Shown piece after piece: positions 27,148-42,358 of a DNA stretch of 64,000 nt. This DNA is from the human T2T-CHM13v2.0 reference genome, Homo sapiens, in NCBI RefSeq assembly GCF_009914755.1, contig NC_060926.1; one strand, written 5' to 3'. Under the pieces are notes generated by a model. That model searched no databases and was not told the origin of the DNA. It was given only the letters and a program-made list of their open reading frames with translations. A program made the position numbers and the translations under genes. How positions within the stretch are numbered: the stretch's first letter is position 1; every line of letters begins with the position of its first letter.

Positions 27148-30100
27148 TACAATAGCCTTTTATCTTGTCTCCCTCAAACCTCTCCCCCACTCTAGCCAGA
27201 ATAACCATTTTCAGATACATATTTAATCATATCACTTTTTTGTATATACCCCATTAGTGAGTCTTCATCATCCCCAGGTATAAAGTTCCAACTTCCTAAC
27301 TCACATCTGAATGCTGGGAACAGGACTGGCCATATACACCCACAATTATTTAAGAGGTAACAAAAAGAATCTTTTACACAGAATTATCTTTCTCTCTAGC
27401 TAGATATGATGCATGAACATTTACTTTTCAGATTTTGTATTAAAATGCAGGTAAAATTGGAAGGAGTGATGCCTCAGGCTACTGGAATCTTTTGTGACAC
27501 AGTTTCATTAGATGGCCTAGCTTTCTGCTGGGTGAGATTTAGAAAGGCAAGAGGCATTTCCAAGAAATGGAAGGCTTCAAGTAGAGCCATAAACAACCAG
27601 AGAAACACTATGAAGAGGCTTGTTAACAGCCATGTTAGAAGCGTGATTTTAGGAGAAAGAAGGGGAAAATGATAACAAACACCACTTTCTTGACAACTCT
27701 GCCCAGGAGGTAAAATTATCTGGTGACTAGGCACTCCCAAGAGCCCTGAGCTGGCAGAGATCAAGGTTTCCTTCAGATAAATGTCTTTGAGTATGATAAT
27801 GATAATGACCATGATAAGGTCTAGCAGCTCTGTTAATGCAAAAAGTAACTGAAGGCGATGGAAGTACCTATCGTGAACAAGAGATGAGGGGCAGACAGGA
27901 TATCTCTCTTCGAATATCTCAATGACTCCTATACAATAGATGGGGCACATTTATTTCATATTACTACAAGAGATAACATTAACTCTAGTACATAAAAATT
28001 ACAAAGAGGCGAATGTCAGCTGACAAGTTCTCATTTTGTACAGTTTATGCCTAGCACAAAGGTACTTGGCTAACGGGAATGACGGATTTGCAATCTAACA
28101 AATGACTTTAGGCTGAATCTAGTGACCTTGGGCTGAATATTTTTGAAATATGAATATTTTGAAAGTATGAAATATTTTTTTCATAAATATTGAGCCAATA
28201 TGCATACTGAAATGGTTTTATAAGCAAAGGATGAATTAGTCTGGAAGAAAGGGCACCTTTTTGTAAGTCAGCACAGAGGAGGTGCCTTTTCTAATCTGCC
28301 CAAAGGTACAGTAACTCTGAACATTCATAAGAATGTCAAACAGTATTGTCCAGTAACAACGTACTCTGCCTCTAGTGTAGGTGGCCAAGCCAAAGTTGAG
28401 TGCCACACACCTGTGCTCCACCCACAAGGAGAAAAATTGAACCATATGGCCTCGAAAGTTCTTTTCAGTCTGATCTCTCTGCTGCCTTAACTTTTTCACT
28501 CTATTGTACTATGAATTATCCTATGGATCTCTGATCCTCAAAATATCTGTCACACCTTTAATGGTACAATCTCTAAAACTTGCTTTGTTTCAGAAGCAAG
28601 AGAAATGATATCATATGCCAGCATGGGCTTATCGTTCATACTCTTCTTTGATTTGTGTACGAATAGGTAATTAGGAAAAAATAATTCTTTCCAGGTTCTC
28701 CCGGAAGTTTTTCTGATGCTATTAGATAAGATACTACCTTGGTGGTGGTAGCAGAGTGGGGATGCAACGTTAGCACAAATATTTCAAAAGATGCTGATCT
28801 ATATTCAGAAGTAGTTAGGATTTCAGCACAACCCAAAATGAAAGAAGTGTGTTTTTATTAATGTGGTAAGATCCATTTTTAAAATAAATTTATGAAAAAA
28901 TTACAGTACCTTATAGTGTATATATCTAGCTGTAATTCTTCATATTATACTTCATATTTATATAGCACTATTTCCTAATTAACTCATCATATAGGGTTTA
29001 TTTTGTAATTCCAATTCCATTTGGACTCACCCATTCACACAAGGATACATTAAAACAATGTCCCACTGGACATGCAGAAGATATGTCCTCTTTCTGCTTT
29101 ACTCTTCCATATACTTTCAAATAAAGTACGAATTCGATCTTACTATGACATAATTTTTGAAACTGAAACTAACAGTATTATGACCACCTTTCTGTAGTAT
29201 AATATACAAAGTTTCAAATATATTATTTCAACTACAAAAATAACACTGTAAGATAGGCAGGAAGACTAAAACTTTTCAAATATTCACAGGTTTATTCAAG
29301 AAATATTTTTCATAAATATTGAGCCAATATGCATACTAAAATGGTTTTATAAGCAAATGATGTAATTTTATAAATTTGCCTGTAGGAGGAGTGTTAGGCA
29401 GCTAATAATTAGCCATTCTGCACAAATGTAAGCAAATTCTAAATTTGCTTTACGGAATATTCTATTGTTTTATGTTTAAATATGGTACTTAGTAATATTT
29501 ACAAATTTAGAGAAAAAAATCCTAGAACATAATAGTTTTGTCTCCAATACAATTAAGAAGGAAAGCACATTTAGATGATTTCCTCTGCCTTAGTTCAGGC
29601 CTTGTATATCAGTTTTCTTGTCTCCAATCTCTTTTTCTCTCTTCCTTTTTAATTTTAATTCTGCTGGTGGAGTCATCTTTGCCAAACCAGATTGCAACAC
29701 TATGATAAAAAAAAATTTACACCAACTGTGGATCAATACACGATGAGTAAACTGCTGAGTGCAGCTTAAGGATCCATCCATAACCTGGAATTATACCTCC
29801 TGTAGTATACATTATTGAGAGCCTTCCTAGAAGTCATTTTGCCCTTTCTTCTCCCTAACAGAATCCAGATTCAGCTGAGGCATTTCAGTCATCAGGAAAA
29901 GGGGATCTGTCCTCAGCCCCTGGGAAGAGTCTTGATGGTTAAATAAATGATTATTCCAGATTGACTGCGCTAATACAGTATCTGTGCCCAAACTTAAAAA
30001 ATGAAATTTTAATTCATCTTTAGGATTAAAGCATGTTGGGTCTCTCTTGCACACATATGCACACCTCTCCCCATCCCACTGGATATTAATAAGAAAGGAT

Positions 30101-31887
30101 GAAATTCACTGGCAGCTATTTTATGATGATAGAGTAAGATTTCAGATAATGTAAAAACTGAGGAAAGTAGAGCAAAGTTATGGCACAAACTCTCCAGATG
30201 TATGGGTGTAACACACATGGACTCTCTCACATACACACACTCTCTCTCTCCGCCCCCCCTCCCAACTTTTACAGTACATGCCTGTTAGCCTGACTTCCTT
30301 CCCTCATTTTTTGTCTGCCTCTTAAAAACTGCCTAGTTCAAATGCTTTTCTTGAATCTTCCGATCAAAATATCACCTCTGAGACATCAAAGTTCTTTTAT
30401 GTATACCCCAGTTATAATGGTTTTAAGCATTTTTTTGAATCTCTAATAATGTAGAAAGTCATCCAAGTATGATAGCTTATTCATCTCGCATCCTGCACAA
30501 TGTTGAACACAGAGCAAGCATACAATGAGATTCCTGAAGTGAATGCTATATAGCAATATCCATGTTAAGCTGCTTTGTAGTATTCACATGTAAAAGCAAT
30601 GAACAAAATAGTCATTGAGTATGCCAATATGTTTATTCAACTTTTAATTGTCTCACCCTAATACAAATCTCAAACTTTTCCTTCAGCCAATCTTTGGAAA
30701 TCTTCAGTAGAAAGAAAACATAAATCTGAATTTTCTCTTTTACTTATAAATCACCTCTAAATAAGCCGAAGGTCACAAACATGAAAGGTTAACTTCTTCA
30801 CTATAACTTTATTTTAATTCAAAAATTCCTCTTGAGTTTTTCATGGTAGTTTCTCTCGAACCTCTATAGTTATAGGCACATTTCATGGGGGCTGACCTTC
30901 CTACAAAACTTGCTTTTTTTTTTTTTTTTTTTTTTTAACTTTCTTCTACCTCAATCCATCAGATCACTAGGTGTAGGTTTCAATGATATTATTAACATCT
31001 TGAAACTTATCTCCTTTGTTTACAGCTGAGTAAAGCCACATCACTGTGAATCCCTTCCCTAGGAATCTATAACTGGGACTAGGAAGTTCCAATTGCACTC
31101 TGGGCTTGTCCCCTGAGTAGGCTTATTTTATAATACTTTTCATCAATTAAAATTTATTGCAAATTTCCACTGTTAGCGAAGCCACATAGAAATAAAGCTA
31201 GGAAGGTTGCGATTCTCCATAGCATCGACTCTTCTACTCAGTTCCCCACCATACGAAAATAAGTCTCAAAGAAACAAAGAAATGTGACTACCAAATTAAA
31301 AAAATCAAAAAGGATATTACTAATCATCTATTAAGTTTAGCATTAACAAGTTTCTATTTTCCTTGGCACAAACCTAAGTACATTTCTTAGTTTAGACAAC
31401 AAATTTAAGCTTCTAGCATCTCTAAATTCATCTATTAATAAAACCAGCAGTTCAGTGCTTAGTTTTGACCTAACCAGCAGGGGTCAGAGTCAGAACGAAA
31501 ACAACCCAAGGAAGAATTCCATGGAAAGACATCAACTATATAAGTGAGCAAAAAATCAATTTCTTGCCTAACTGCAAAATTAACGTGTAAGTAGCAAACA
31601 TCTCCATGAAGATGTAAACAAGTATACAGCTTCCTTTGTAATTATATCTAACAATTGTTTAAGTCTGAAAAAATATCTGAAAAAATTCTAAAGAGAAAAT
31701 ATTAATATTCTAATAAAAATAACAAAAATAATTAAATTATAACCCTCGAGCTGGCTGCAGTAGGTTATGAAGACGTAAAAATGCTATAGATATTACAAGT
31801 AGTTTCCCAAGTTTGCATTAAGGACAAATTCAGATTATTTTGCTTTTGTATGTTTTTGTAGATGGTGAAATTATATTCTGAAAATTA

Positions 31888-32037
<150 letters not shown>

Positions 32038-33109
32038 TTAAAGACAAAGTTGTAAAGTCCTTGTCATCATTTTTTTTCTTTCCCTTTAAAATGACACACA
32101 AGTCTGTTAGAATGTTATATGCATTTAAGTAGTATTTGCTATTTTTATTTGAAATTCTTGCAAGAGTATTCTGAATATAACTTTATTTGAAAACATTTTC
32201 CTAGCTGTGAAATAGGTATATCCCTCTTAAAATAAATCATGAGTTAGAACAATATATTTAATTTATGAAGGAAGATGCAAAAAAAAGAGGCAACTTTGTG
32301 AATATTAGGCAGTGCTATGTGTATTTACCAAACCACAATATATCAAATGTTCTTTTAGCATTTGTTTCTGGAAAAAAAGCAATGGACTGTAACAAATAGA
32401 AGGGTACATTTCCTCTCCTTAGCTAAATGTGCTCATTATTGGAATTGGGCACCCCAGTGACCCCAGGGCTACCAACGCCTGACCTACTGATGAGTCCAGT
32501 GCAGAACAGAGGAAGCAGGGATGGGTCAGTGTCAGTACCAAGTGCAGTGCATGCTGGGAGTTAAAAAGAGGGTTTCGGTCAGAGTTCAAGCCTGAAAAGG
32601 GGCCAGGGGAGAAAGAACTCTTTTGGGAATTGGGAAAGCAACGCCTCTCAGCAGGGATTCAATGATAGTGCTGCCTCACAGTTGGGGCTGAGATTTGATA
32701 CTACAATTTTCTGGGCTTGCAAGATGCTTATCTCTTCGAACCCAGTTGGAGCAGGTGCAAAGCAAATTTTCTGTTGTTAGGAAGGGGCAGGAGGGACTGA
32801 GGAGCAAAAAGAAAGCTGACAACCGTTTCTTTTACGGTAAGCTGCTCTCAGAGGGCCACGTTTAAAGATTAAACAAGCAGTTATTAACATCTATTTTTAA
32901 TAAAAACCATTACTAAAAAGACAAGTGAAAATTGTCCACTACAAGAAGTCAGTGTTTCATACATCAAGTAGAGAGAATACTTTATTTCTCATTATATTTG
33001 ATACAATAAAGTATTTCAACAGGACATACTGTTTTGATTTTAGGGAGAGTTTTAGACGAGGAAGAGATAGGGTCATGATAAACTCCTTAAACATTCCTGG
33101 TGAAACTGC

Positions 33110-35900
33110 CTAGGGCCCTTTTTGGTAAGAAGCCTGCATCAGCCTCCAATCACCCAGGCTGGAAACCTCAAAACCGTGCTCAATGCCTTCCTTTTTCCTT
33201 GCCACCTTTGAATGAGTGCTCAGATTCATAAGATGGTAGCCACTTGCTTCCATGCCTTCTCCCTTCTCCCACTGATGTCCTCTGACTTGGGGACCATGCC
33301 CAGGCATGCTGGCTGTCCTCCCCTTCCACTGCATCCTTTGGCATCACAGCTCTGGTCAGTGCTGCACAGTTCAAAGGCGGCTATGGCTCATTGCTGCCTG
33401 AAGAGCGAGCCCAAACCCCTTAAAATGACATTCAGAATCCTCCTGCTCCCAATCCCACTCACTCTCCTCGCCTTCCTCTGTTACACGCGTTAAAGAAACA
33501 TGTATTGAGCACTTGTGCTAAGTACTGGGAAGAAGGGCCAAGGGATTAAGATATGATTCGTGCTTTAAAGGAGGAAGATGTATCCACAAATACAGACAGC
33601 ACAAAACACAGAGGCTGGTTAACAGAGAAGGACAAAGTACAACAGAGTGTGTGAGAGAGGGTGGTTAATTCTTATTAGGGATCTGGAAAAGGCTTCAAGA
33701 GAAGGGAGTATCTGAGCAGGGTTTTTGGCTTGTGCTGTTTTCACCCCCTAAAATTTCCTCCCTCATTACCCCTCATCCCACCCCTGAGCAAAACAGCAGG
33801 GGTGAAAATTTTAGGCAGTGAGAGCTGCCTGAGCAAATAAATGGAGCTAAATGCAGAGGGTTTTTATGTTCCATTTCAACTTCCTCATCAAGGTCCAAAA
33901 CCACTGTATTATTGCCAAATTCCTAGTCTGCCGGGCCTTCCTTTGTTCAGACAGTTTTTCCTTTAAGCTCCACCCCATCCCCACTTTTGTCAAAATTTTA
34001 TGACTTTTCAAAGCTCACTTCAAACAACACTTCCTCAGTGAAGCCTTTCTTAATCAGCAACAGAGTTCACCTCTCTGAAGTTTGTCTCAGAGTAAGGCTT
34101 CTCTGCTCACACTTTACTCTATGTTCCTCTATTACTGATCTTTATACTATTTACATGAAAGGACGCAGATGGAAGACTCAAACTGAGACAATACAATATT
34201 GAATAATAACAGTATTATACAACATTGAATTTTCTAAACACCCAACTTCATGAGTAATACTGACACTAAACAAACAAAAGATGAGAAGGGAACATTCTGT
34301 TCTATAGGATAATATTAAGGTAATTAATAAATATAGAAGAATTATACAGTGAGAAAAATCACTATTTTCAGTCATCACAATAATTACTGATTCAGGTAAG
34401 AATCACCAATGGGTGCCAAAGCCATCCAGTGACAGTCAGTTGGGGACAAAATATTTATATAAACTCTGTCCCTCATCACTCCAATTATTAATACAAAGGG
34501 CACACTTTTAATGGAGACTAAAGGCATGAAAATTAAATGCAATGTGTGATTCTTGATTGGGTTTTTAAAATATCATGCAGGACAATATTGCTGTCCTTTA
34601 ACTATGAAAGACTCAGCTTACTTTTACCGAAACACGACAGGCCAGGGAAGGTCAGATCACCCTCGAGCCTTACAGGCATTTACAAGGACTTTGGCTTTTG
34701 TAGAGAAAGAGGTGAAGCACGGTGAATTTCAATCAATGAAGCCATATAACCTTAGGTGTTGAAAGAAACACTCTGGCTGCTTTGCGGAAAGTAGATAAAG
34801 TAGGGCCAAGGGCCACCAAACAAGAACAGTTGCAATACTCCAGGTGGGAAATGGTTGTGCTTGGACTGAAGTGACTGCAGTGGAGGTTAAAAGTTAGATT
34901 CTACATGTATTTTGAAGGTATAGCTGACAGCATTTGTTGACTCTTTGGATATAGTATGTGAAAGAGAAGAGTCAAGGAATATTCAAATGTCTGGCTGGTA
35001 AGGGGAAAGTAAGGACTTAAGATGGGTGAGTACTAGTGAAAAATTGGTAGATTCAAATTGTGGTCTCAGAGAAAGTTGTCAGTAATGACAATAACATGAT
35101 CTAAGGAACTGGCATATTCATCAGAATTACCTGAAGTGCTTCTTAAAACATAGATTCTGGGCTCCAGCCCCCAGAATTTTGGGCTTAGTAGTCTGGGGTG
35201 TGGTCTGCAGATTCATATTTATAACAGTTTCCCAGGTGCTGATGATGTCTGCAAAGGGGCCACATTTTAAGAACCAACATTCTAGAAATCATCCTCGTTG
35301 AAGGAGAGGAGACCAAAAACTGAAAGAATAGCTAAAGAAACATAACATTTTAATAGGAGTAATGTCAGAGAGAGTGAGAGTAAGATAGAGTTTAAGTCTT
35401 CAGGGAGTAAAGAAAATGACTCAGTAGTCTGCACAGGACTGCAACTAGTAGTGCCAGCTAGAGGTATCTAATGGATTGAGCTTCAACACTGAGAACTTTT
35501 AAGAGAGGAAAAAGGAATTATGGTCTCAAAATTTAAGTGAGATGGAAGGAAGACATTAAGATATTGACAATATCTCCAGGACCAGTGGTATGAAATGTAT
35601 GGCAGAGAAACCAGTTACCACTTTAGAGGACTGCAAGGAAAGCTATACAGTCCTGGGAAAGCTGTGTCTCTATTACAACAAGAATGTGGGGGAAATACTT
35701 AGAAAGGAGGTTGAAAATAAAGGAGATTTTGCTAATAATGGACAATTCCAGAGGGTAGAGTAAAATGGTGTCTGGAGTTGAGGAGGGTTGGGGACAGTAT
35801 CAGGCTAGGGGATGTACAGAGACTTAGAGGCATGGGAGGCCAGGTGATGAAGGGTTTTAGGCAGTGACATGGGGTGGAAGAGGTAAGAATTGTTTGCAGC
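33110..35900. mobile_element. Cluster of degenerate L2, L1M and MER5A fragments
   Basis: L2-like tracts at ~33110-33730 and ~34640-35030; MER5A at ~35090-35285 (CATCAGAATTACCTG..TTTATAACAGTTTCCCAGGTG); approximate. Confidence 0.55.
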
Positions 35901-36301
35901 AGTTATGGTTGGCGAGTAAGGCAGTAGGGGGAAGGGGTCTTGTCCCAAGCACATAGAGCTCTAAGAACTTGTCTTCCCTCCAGCTAATGTCAAAGCTGGG
36001 AAAGGAGCAATGCTGCCTGGAGCTGAAGGAGATCCAAAGCCCCTTTCCCTTTCAGCAGTCCTGGAAGTCCTGGAATCTGAACCTACATCTGTCTGACATG
36101 GCTATACTTTTCACCAAGTGACCTCACTGCAAACATTCTATATTTGAGAAACCCACGCTCATGCTAGACTGCTTTCTCTATAGGTAAATCATACACATGC
36201 TACAGAATTCAAAATCACCTTATTTAGCGCATTCACTGATATCTAGTTTCCTTCTTGCACAACAATCACTGATATCACTTTGAGAATCCTTCTAGAAATG
36301 T

Positions 36302-36730
<429 letters not shown>

Positions 36731-36739
36731 TCGTCTAGG

Positions 36740-39130
36740 AATATTCTATGCATATACAAAAATGCACGTATATTCTACAGCTTTTCACATAGACAGCAGC
36801 TTCCCTACATGCTATTCTGTATCTTGCTTTTTCCTTTTACTGTATTTTAAAGATGACTCCATATCACTACATAGGATGCCATCTCACTCTATCTAAAGCT
36901 GCCTCATATTCATCTGGATGAATTTACTTCAATTCTTTTGTATGGATGAGTCCTTGAGGATAAATGTTCAGGTTGTTTCCAATCTTCCTTTACTGCAAAT
37001 AACAATGCAATGAATGCTATTCTCCATCTATTTGATGCAAAATGGACAAACTTCTGGAAGTAGAATCACTGGATCAAAGAGTATGTACTCTTAAGGTTTT
37101 ATCATATAGTGTTAAATCACTCACTATAGAAACAGCAGAGTTGCGACCAAAAGTGGACACTTGAGAAAAAGGAAATGGTCTCAAATCTTCACTCTGTCAT
37201 TTATTAACTGTGTGACTTTGAATTACTTGTCTAACTTTTCTTCAAATTCCTCACGTGTAATACAGAAATAATGGTACTTTCTGGATAAGTTAATTGAGAT
37301 AATTAAATGTAAAGTGCTTAGAAAAGCACCTGGCACAAAGTATTCAGTAAATTTTTCTCTTATTACTACCAATTTACACTCTACAAGGAATTTAGATTGC
37401 CTGTTTTCTTACATCCTTATAAACATAAACCCACAGTATGTTCAAACTTTTTGATCTTTGACAAATGAAAAGTGAAATACTGTATGTGACTCTAATTTCA
37501 ATTTCCATTTCTCTTTTCATGAGAGGTTGTAAAATTTTGTAAATGTTTAAGAGTTATTTTTTCCATGAACTTTCTATGTATGTCACTTGCCAATTCTTCA
37601 TATTTTCTTTGTCAATTATGGCAGTACTTTACACAGTAAGAAAACTAGGCTTGTTATGAGTTACAAATGCTTTTCCTAGTGTGTCATTTGCCTTAATAAC
37701 TTATGTTTTCTCCATACTGAAAGTTTTCGCTTACACGGACCTATATTTGAATTTATCAATCATCTCTTTTATGGCCTCTGGGCTTTGTATGATATTTAAG
37801 AGTCCCCTTTTGAGACTTAAAAACTGCATTTTTCTTCTAATACTTTTATGGTCTCAATTTTATATTTTCAATTGTATCTGAAGTTCATTTTGATAAAAGG
37901 TAAAAAGTTGGGATTTGACTTTCATTTTTTCCAGATGGCTATCTACCTATCCCAACATTATTCATTGGAAAATCCATCTTTCCCCACAGATTTTAAATGC
38001 CACCTTTAGAGGTACTAAATTTTTGTATGTGTTTGGATCTTTTTCTGCACTGCCCATCTGAGATCCACTGATCTATTCATATGTCAGTACCATCTTTTAA
38101 ACATTATAGTTTTATAATGACTTAATAGTCAATAAGACTGGTCTCTCATTACTTTAAAGAATTTTTCACATCTATTTTTGCTTATTTTTACATATGATCT
38201 TTGAAATAAGTTTGTCTAGCTTAAAAACATTCTCCTGGTATTTCACTGAGATTGCATTAAATATAAATTATCTTAAGATCAAATAATACTTTTGTGATGT
38301 TCAATTTTTCTGTATAGAAACATGGTATGTTTTTCCACATAAATAATCTCCTGTGTCCCTCAGTACCATGTTAAACATTTTAAGATAAGTGGTGAACAAT
38401 TCTAGGTTTATCAGCTTTTCGTTGCTGCTGTCAACGTGTTTTTCCCCTAACTGATCTCCTAACTGGCTATAGCCTGCATATATCAAAACTATTGATTTCT
38501 ATACCTAGCCCTTTCCTTAACTGCTTAATTGTAGGCCTTCCCTTTATTCTCTTGGATTTTCCAGCTTAACAATTATTTTATCTGTAAATAATAATCATTT
38601 AATTTCCCCTTTCCAATGTTCATACCATTCATTTTCTTCAGCAGTCTACTTACATTAGTTCCACCAGAAAAATTTGACTAATAGTGCTCATAATAAAGGA
38701 CATTCCTGTCAGTTCTAGAATAAGAAAACCTCAAATGTTTCTCCATGTAGGCTTTAAAATGTGATAAACATATTTATCATGTTGATAACCATATCCATCT
38801 ATTCTATTAAGAGCTGTTTGACATAAGTAACACTGATCTCTAGTTTTCCTTTTTGAACTTGCATTGTCAGAATTTGGTATCAATTTCATGCAAGTTCTAT
38901 AAATAAAATCTGGAGTTTTCTTTCCTTTTCTATCCTCTAAAATAGTTTAAATAGTATAGAAGTTTTCTGTTCCTGTTCCTTAAGGGTATAACGAACATCT
39001 CTGTGAAAATATCAGTCTGGTACTTTTTTAGAAGTACCAAAAAATGCCCGTTTCTTTGGTGTTAATTGATCTGTTTAGATTTCCTATGTCTTCTGGGTTC
39101 AGTTTGGTCATGTTCCCTTTCTTAGACAAG
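36740..39130 (-). mobile_element. Old L1M (L1ME-like) fragment with nested MIR (~37170-37370)
   Basis: T-rich antisense L1 motifs (GGTTGTTTCCAATC.., TTTCACTGAGATTGCATTAAAT..); approximate. Confidence 0.7.
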
Positions 39131-39985
39131 GTACTCACTCATTTTACCCTGCTACAAGGAGGCAACCCAGGTTTCCTCCTAGTTTCTAGACATATAGTCT
39201 TCCTCCTAACAGTAGCAATACTATTTCTCCCAATAATCAAAATTAATCATCTTTGCCAGCGTAGCATCTTCATTTTTTTCATTTGTTGTTTCAGTTATAC
39301 AGTTCAGTAATGTGGCCAGGTTATTCTAAATGTCCAGTTCAATTGAACGACTATCATGTTCCCATGTGAAAGTATTGTTTCCTCACACTAAAACCTCAGT
39401 GTATCAGCAAAGTTCAAAGTTGCAGAGGCAAGATGAAAAAATATTTTGAACATGTGATTAGATGTGAAGTAAAAGACAACACTTCTACCTCCACTTCTTG
39501 AATCATAGACCCCTGTATTATGTTTATGGAACTAAAAACTACTTTAATGTCACAAGGTTTCATCTTCCAGGTAGAATACAATATGCTACAACAGGAACAT
39601 GGTAAGACCAGTGAATCCTGTAGTTGACAGCCAATTGCCTCACTTATTTTGATGTGAATGAGTCTCCTGATCAAAAGCAATATTATATAGGATGTCATAT
39701 TATTGAATAAGGCTTTAATAAGGCCATGTTATTGCTGACAGAAACATGGTGGGCAGGGAATGCAAATCCAAACGTACAGTAAGCATTCATCGCAGCAGTG
39801 ACAAACCACTGACCTTCCATAATGGAGCAAATCCAATGCAATCAACCTGCCACCAGGTGGCTGGCTGGTTGCTCTGGGACATGGTGCCATATCCAGGGCT
39901 CAAGGTTGATCTGTTTGCAGGTAGAACACTTGGCAATAGTGGCAATTCAATCAACCTTGGTAAGCAGCAGTGCTTATTAAATCCA
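39130..39985 (-). mobile_element. ERVL/MaLR internal fragment with integrase relic
   Basis: ORF 39787-39999 contains TLSPGYGTMSQSNQPATWWQVDCIG, matching recalled ERVL integrase LSPRYGTIPRGDQPATWWQVDYIGPLP. Confidence 0.85.
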
Positions 39986-40649
39986 TTTATTTCTCCCATC
40001 CCTGCACCAGTGCTATTTTAAGTGTCCACTGCATAAGCCCTGAGGTTGCTTTGCAGTGATGCTGACTAACATCTGTAGAATAGGGCATCTTGCCTACCTA
40101 TTTCCTCCTCTGAATGAATTTTCTTTGTTGAACGTTTACAAAAAAACATAAATCTCATTTTCTGTTCTTATTCTGTGAAAGTATACTTTCCACCTCATAC
40201 ATCTTTGTCACCAATCTTTCTCTTTCAACTCGACTAATTCACCAAACTCTGAACCACTGTCCATACACTGATAAACATCAATCCCTTGGCCATCACACCT
40301 TGACAATTAGTATCAACTGATTAAAATACCAGCCCCACTATTTGATGGGGGAATACTCTTGAGTGGGATTGTAATGCTTTAGCAGCTCATTTTTGTTGTA
40401 TCATGCAGAACCATCTCTAAACTAGGTTCCTTTTATTTCCTTCAGTGTGCTGGTCATGGAAAATGTTTCATGAGGCTGCATATGTGTGGTGAAGAAGAAA
40501 AAGCAACACAGCAACAGTTGTAGGCCATCAGCATATTTAATGTACTACAGTCATATCTTCTTACCCTTTAGTAGTAGTATCGGTATAAAATGCCTTTCTA
40601 CCTAAAATAGCTAGAATATTTTATTTTATTCAACTGAAATATTGTCAAC

Positions 40650-40972
40650 ATATATATATATATATGTTTTTTTTTTTTGAGATGGAGTCTCGCTCTGTCA
40701 CCCAGGCTGAAGTGCAGTGGCTGGCGGGATCTTGGCTCACTCCAACCTCCGCCCCCTGGGTTCAAGTGATTCTCCCGCCTCAGCCTCCCAAGTAGCTGGG
40801 ATTACTGGGATTACAGGTGCATGCCACCAAGCCCAGCTAATTTTTGTATTTTTAGTAAACACAGGGTTTCACATGTTGGCCAGGCTCGTCTTGAACTCCT
40901 GACTTCAGGTGATCCGCCCACCTCAGCCTCCTAAAGTACTGAGATTACAGGCATGAGCCATTGCACCTGGCC
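40650..40972 (-). mobile_element. Alu (AluS-like) with (TA)n tail
   Basis: Standard antisense Alu; TSD GTCAACAT; internal duplication GGGATTACTGGGATTACA. Confidence 0.95.
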
Positions 40973-41139
40973 TCGTCAACATGTGTTTCTAATAGACATC
41001 TCAAACTTAACATATTCAAAACTGATATTCTGACTTTCCCACCAAACCTAGTCTACCTATCCACAGTCTTGCCCATCTCACTAAACGACCACTTTATCTT
41101 TCCACTTTATCTTTGCTCAAGTCAGAAACTTTAGTGCCT

Positions 41140-42330
41140 TACTGTGAAAACTGGTAATTAAAAATTGCTTAATTAGTTAACTAAGCATTTATCCTACCTT
41201 TTTAATATGCGCTATATTTCTGGGTAATCAAATAACCCCAGTTGCGAAGTAACATCCATTTAAAAATAAAAACAAGGCCATTCATTTAGAAAAAAAAAAA
41301 AAGATTGAATTAGAAAGTCTCCATGTTGCCATCCCTAATTAAATAATTAGTTCAGGCAAGGATGATCAATGTGTGTTAAAACCATTAGGTGAAATATTTA
41401 TTGAAAACTAGATATCTCTTCCCTACCCACCCCCCAACTCAACAAATTATCTAGTAGTTTCACATGAAACATTACAATAGAAGGATCAGGCTGTCACCTC
41501 CTTAGCTTAGCCTCATGAATAGTGAAATAGTCAGAATTAAGTGCTACCTAACATTAAGCACTAGAACTTATGAAGTATTCTTGCCCAAAGTATCAAACAT
41601 GAATCTCAGTAAGCCTTTAGATTGAAAATTCAGTTTAGAGGAAATACAGGCAACAGAACAACAAGTTAAACGATATCACAAAGAAGCCATCGGATAGTGG
41701 TACAGCAGTAGTGCTCAAAGTATGGTCTTCAGAATGAAAGTCCAGCATCACCAGCAGCTCACTGGAAAGAGCAACTGAATCAAAATTTCTGAGAGTGGGG
41801 ACTAGTAATCAAAGCTCTCCTAGTAACTCTTATGTATGATAAAATGTCTACAGGACAAATAATCTAGTCTCTTCCATAAGTCAATGTCAGAGAGAATAAA
41901 ACATACGAAAAAACATGTTGTAATGTTACAGTTTAAATGTAATTAGTTAAATGAATGATTCTTGATCAGACACTAGTTGGTAAAAGTTAACTATAAAAGA
42001 CATTATGGAAAATATGGAGAATTTGACTATGGACCAAGTATTAAATGTTAATAAGCAATTATCATTCATTGATTTGGCAGGTTAATGATATTTGGTTATC
42101 TGAAAAATATCTATTTTTAGAGCTACACACTGCAGCATTTTGGAGAGAACTATCACAATATCAACAATTTACTTTAGAACACATTGGCAGAATAAAATGT
42201 TTGAAGCAGATACAGAAAAATGTTAAGATCTGTAGAATCAAGGTGATAAAAATATGGGTGCCCACTGGAATACTGTTTATATTTTCTATATGTTTGACAC
42301 TTTTCATAACAGAATATTCATGTAATCTTT
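41140..42330 (+). mobile_element. L1MC-like 3' end fragments with MER5B-like insert, within a split L2
   Basis: TTCAGGCAAGGATGATCAATG.., ACTTATGAAGTATTCTTGCC..; L2-like flanks ~40980-41140 and ~42690-43440. Confidence 0.6.
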
Positions 42331-42358
42331 GACTTATCCTCTTAATAACCGCCATATT

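Noticed and set aside
27474-27950. 158-aa hydrophobic ORF on the minus strand
   Set aside because: No recognisable homology or splice context; compatible with a chance ORF in T-rich sequence
32420-32880. GC-richer patch near exon 3 (also ~44870-45100) as a possible internal promoter or enhancer
   Set aside because: No CpG island or decisive motif cluster; cannot be supported without chromatin or CAGE data
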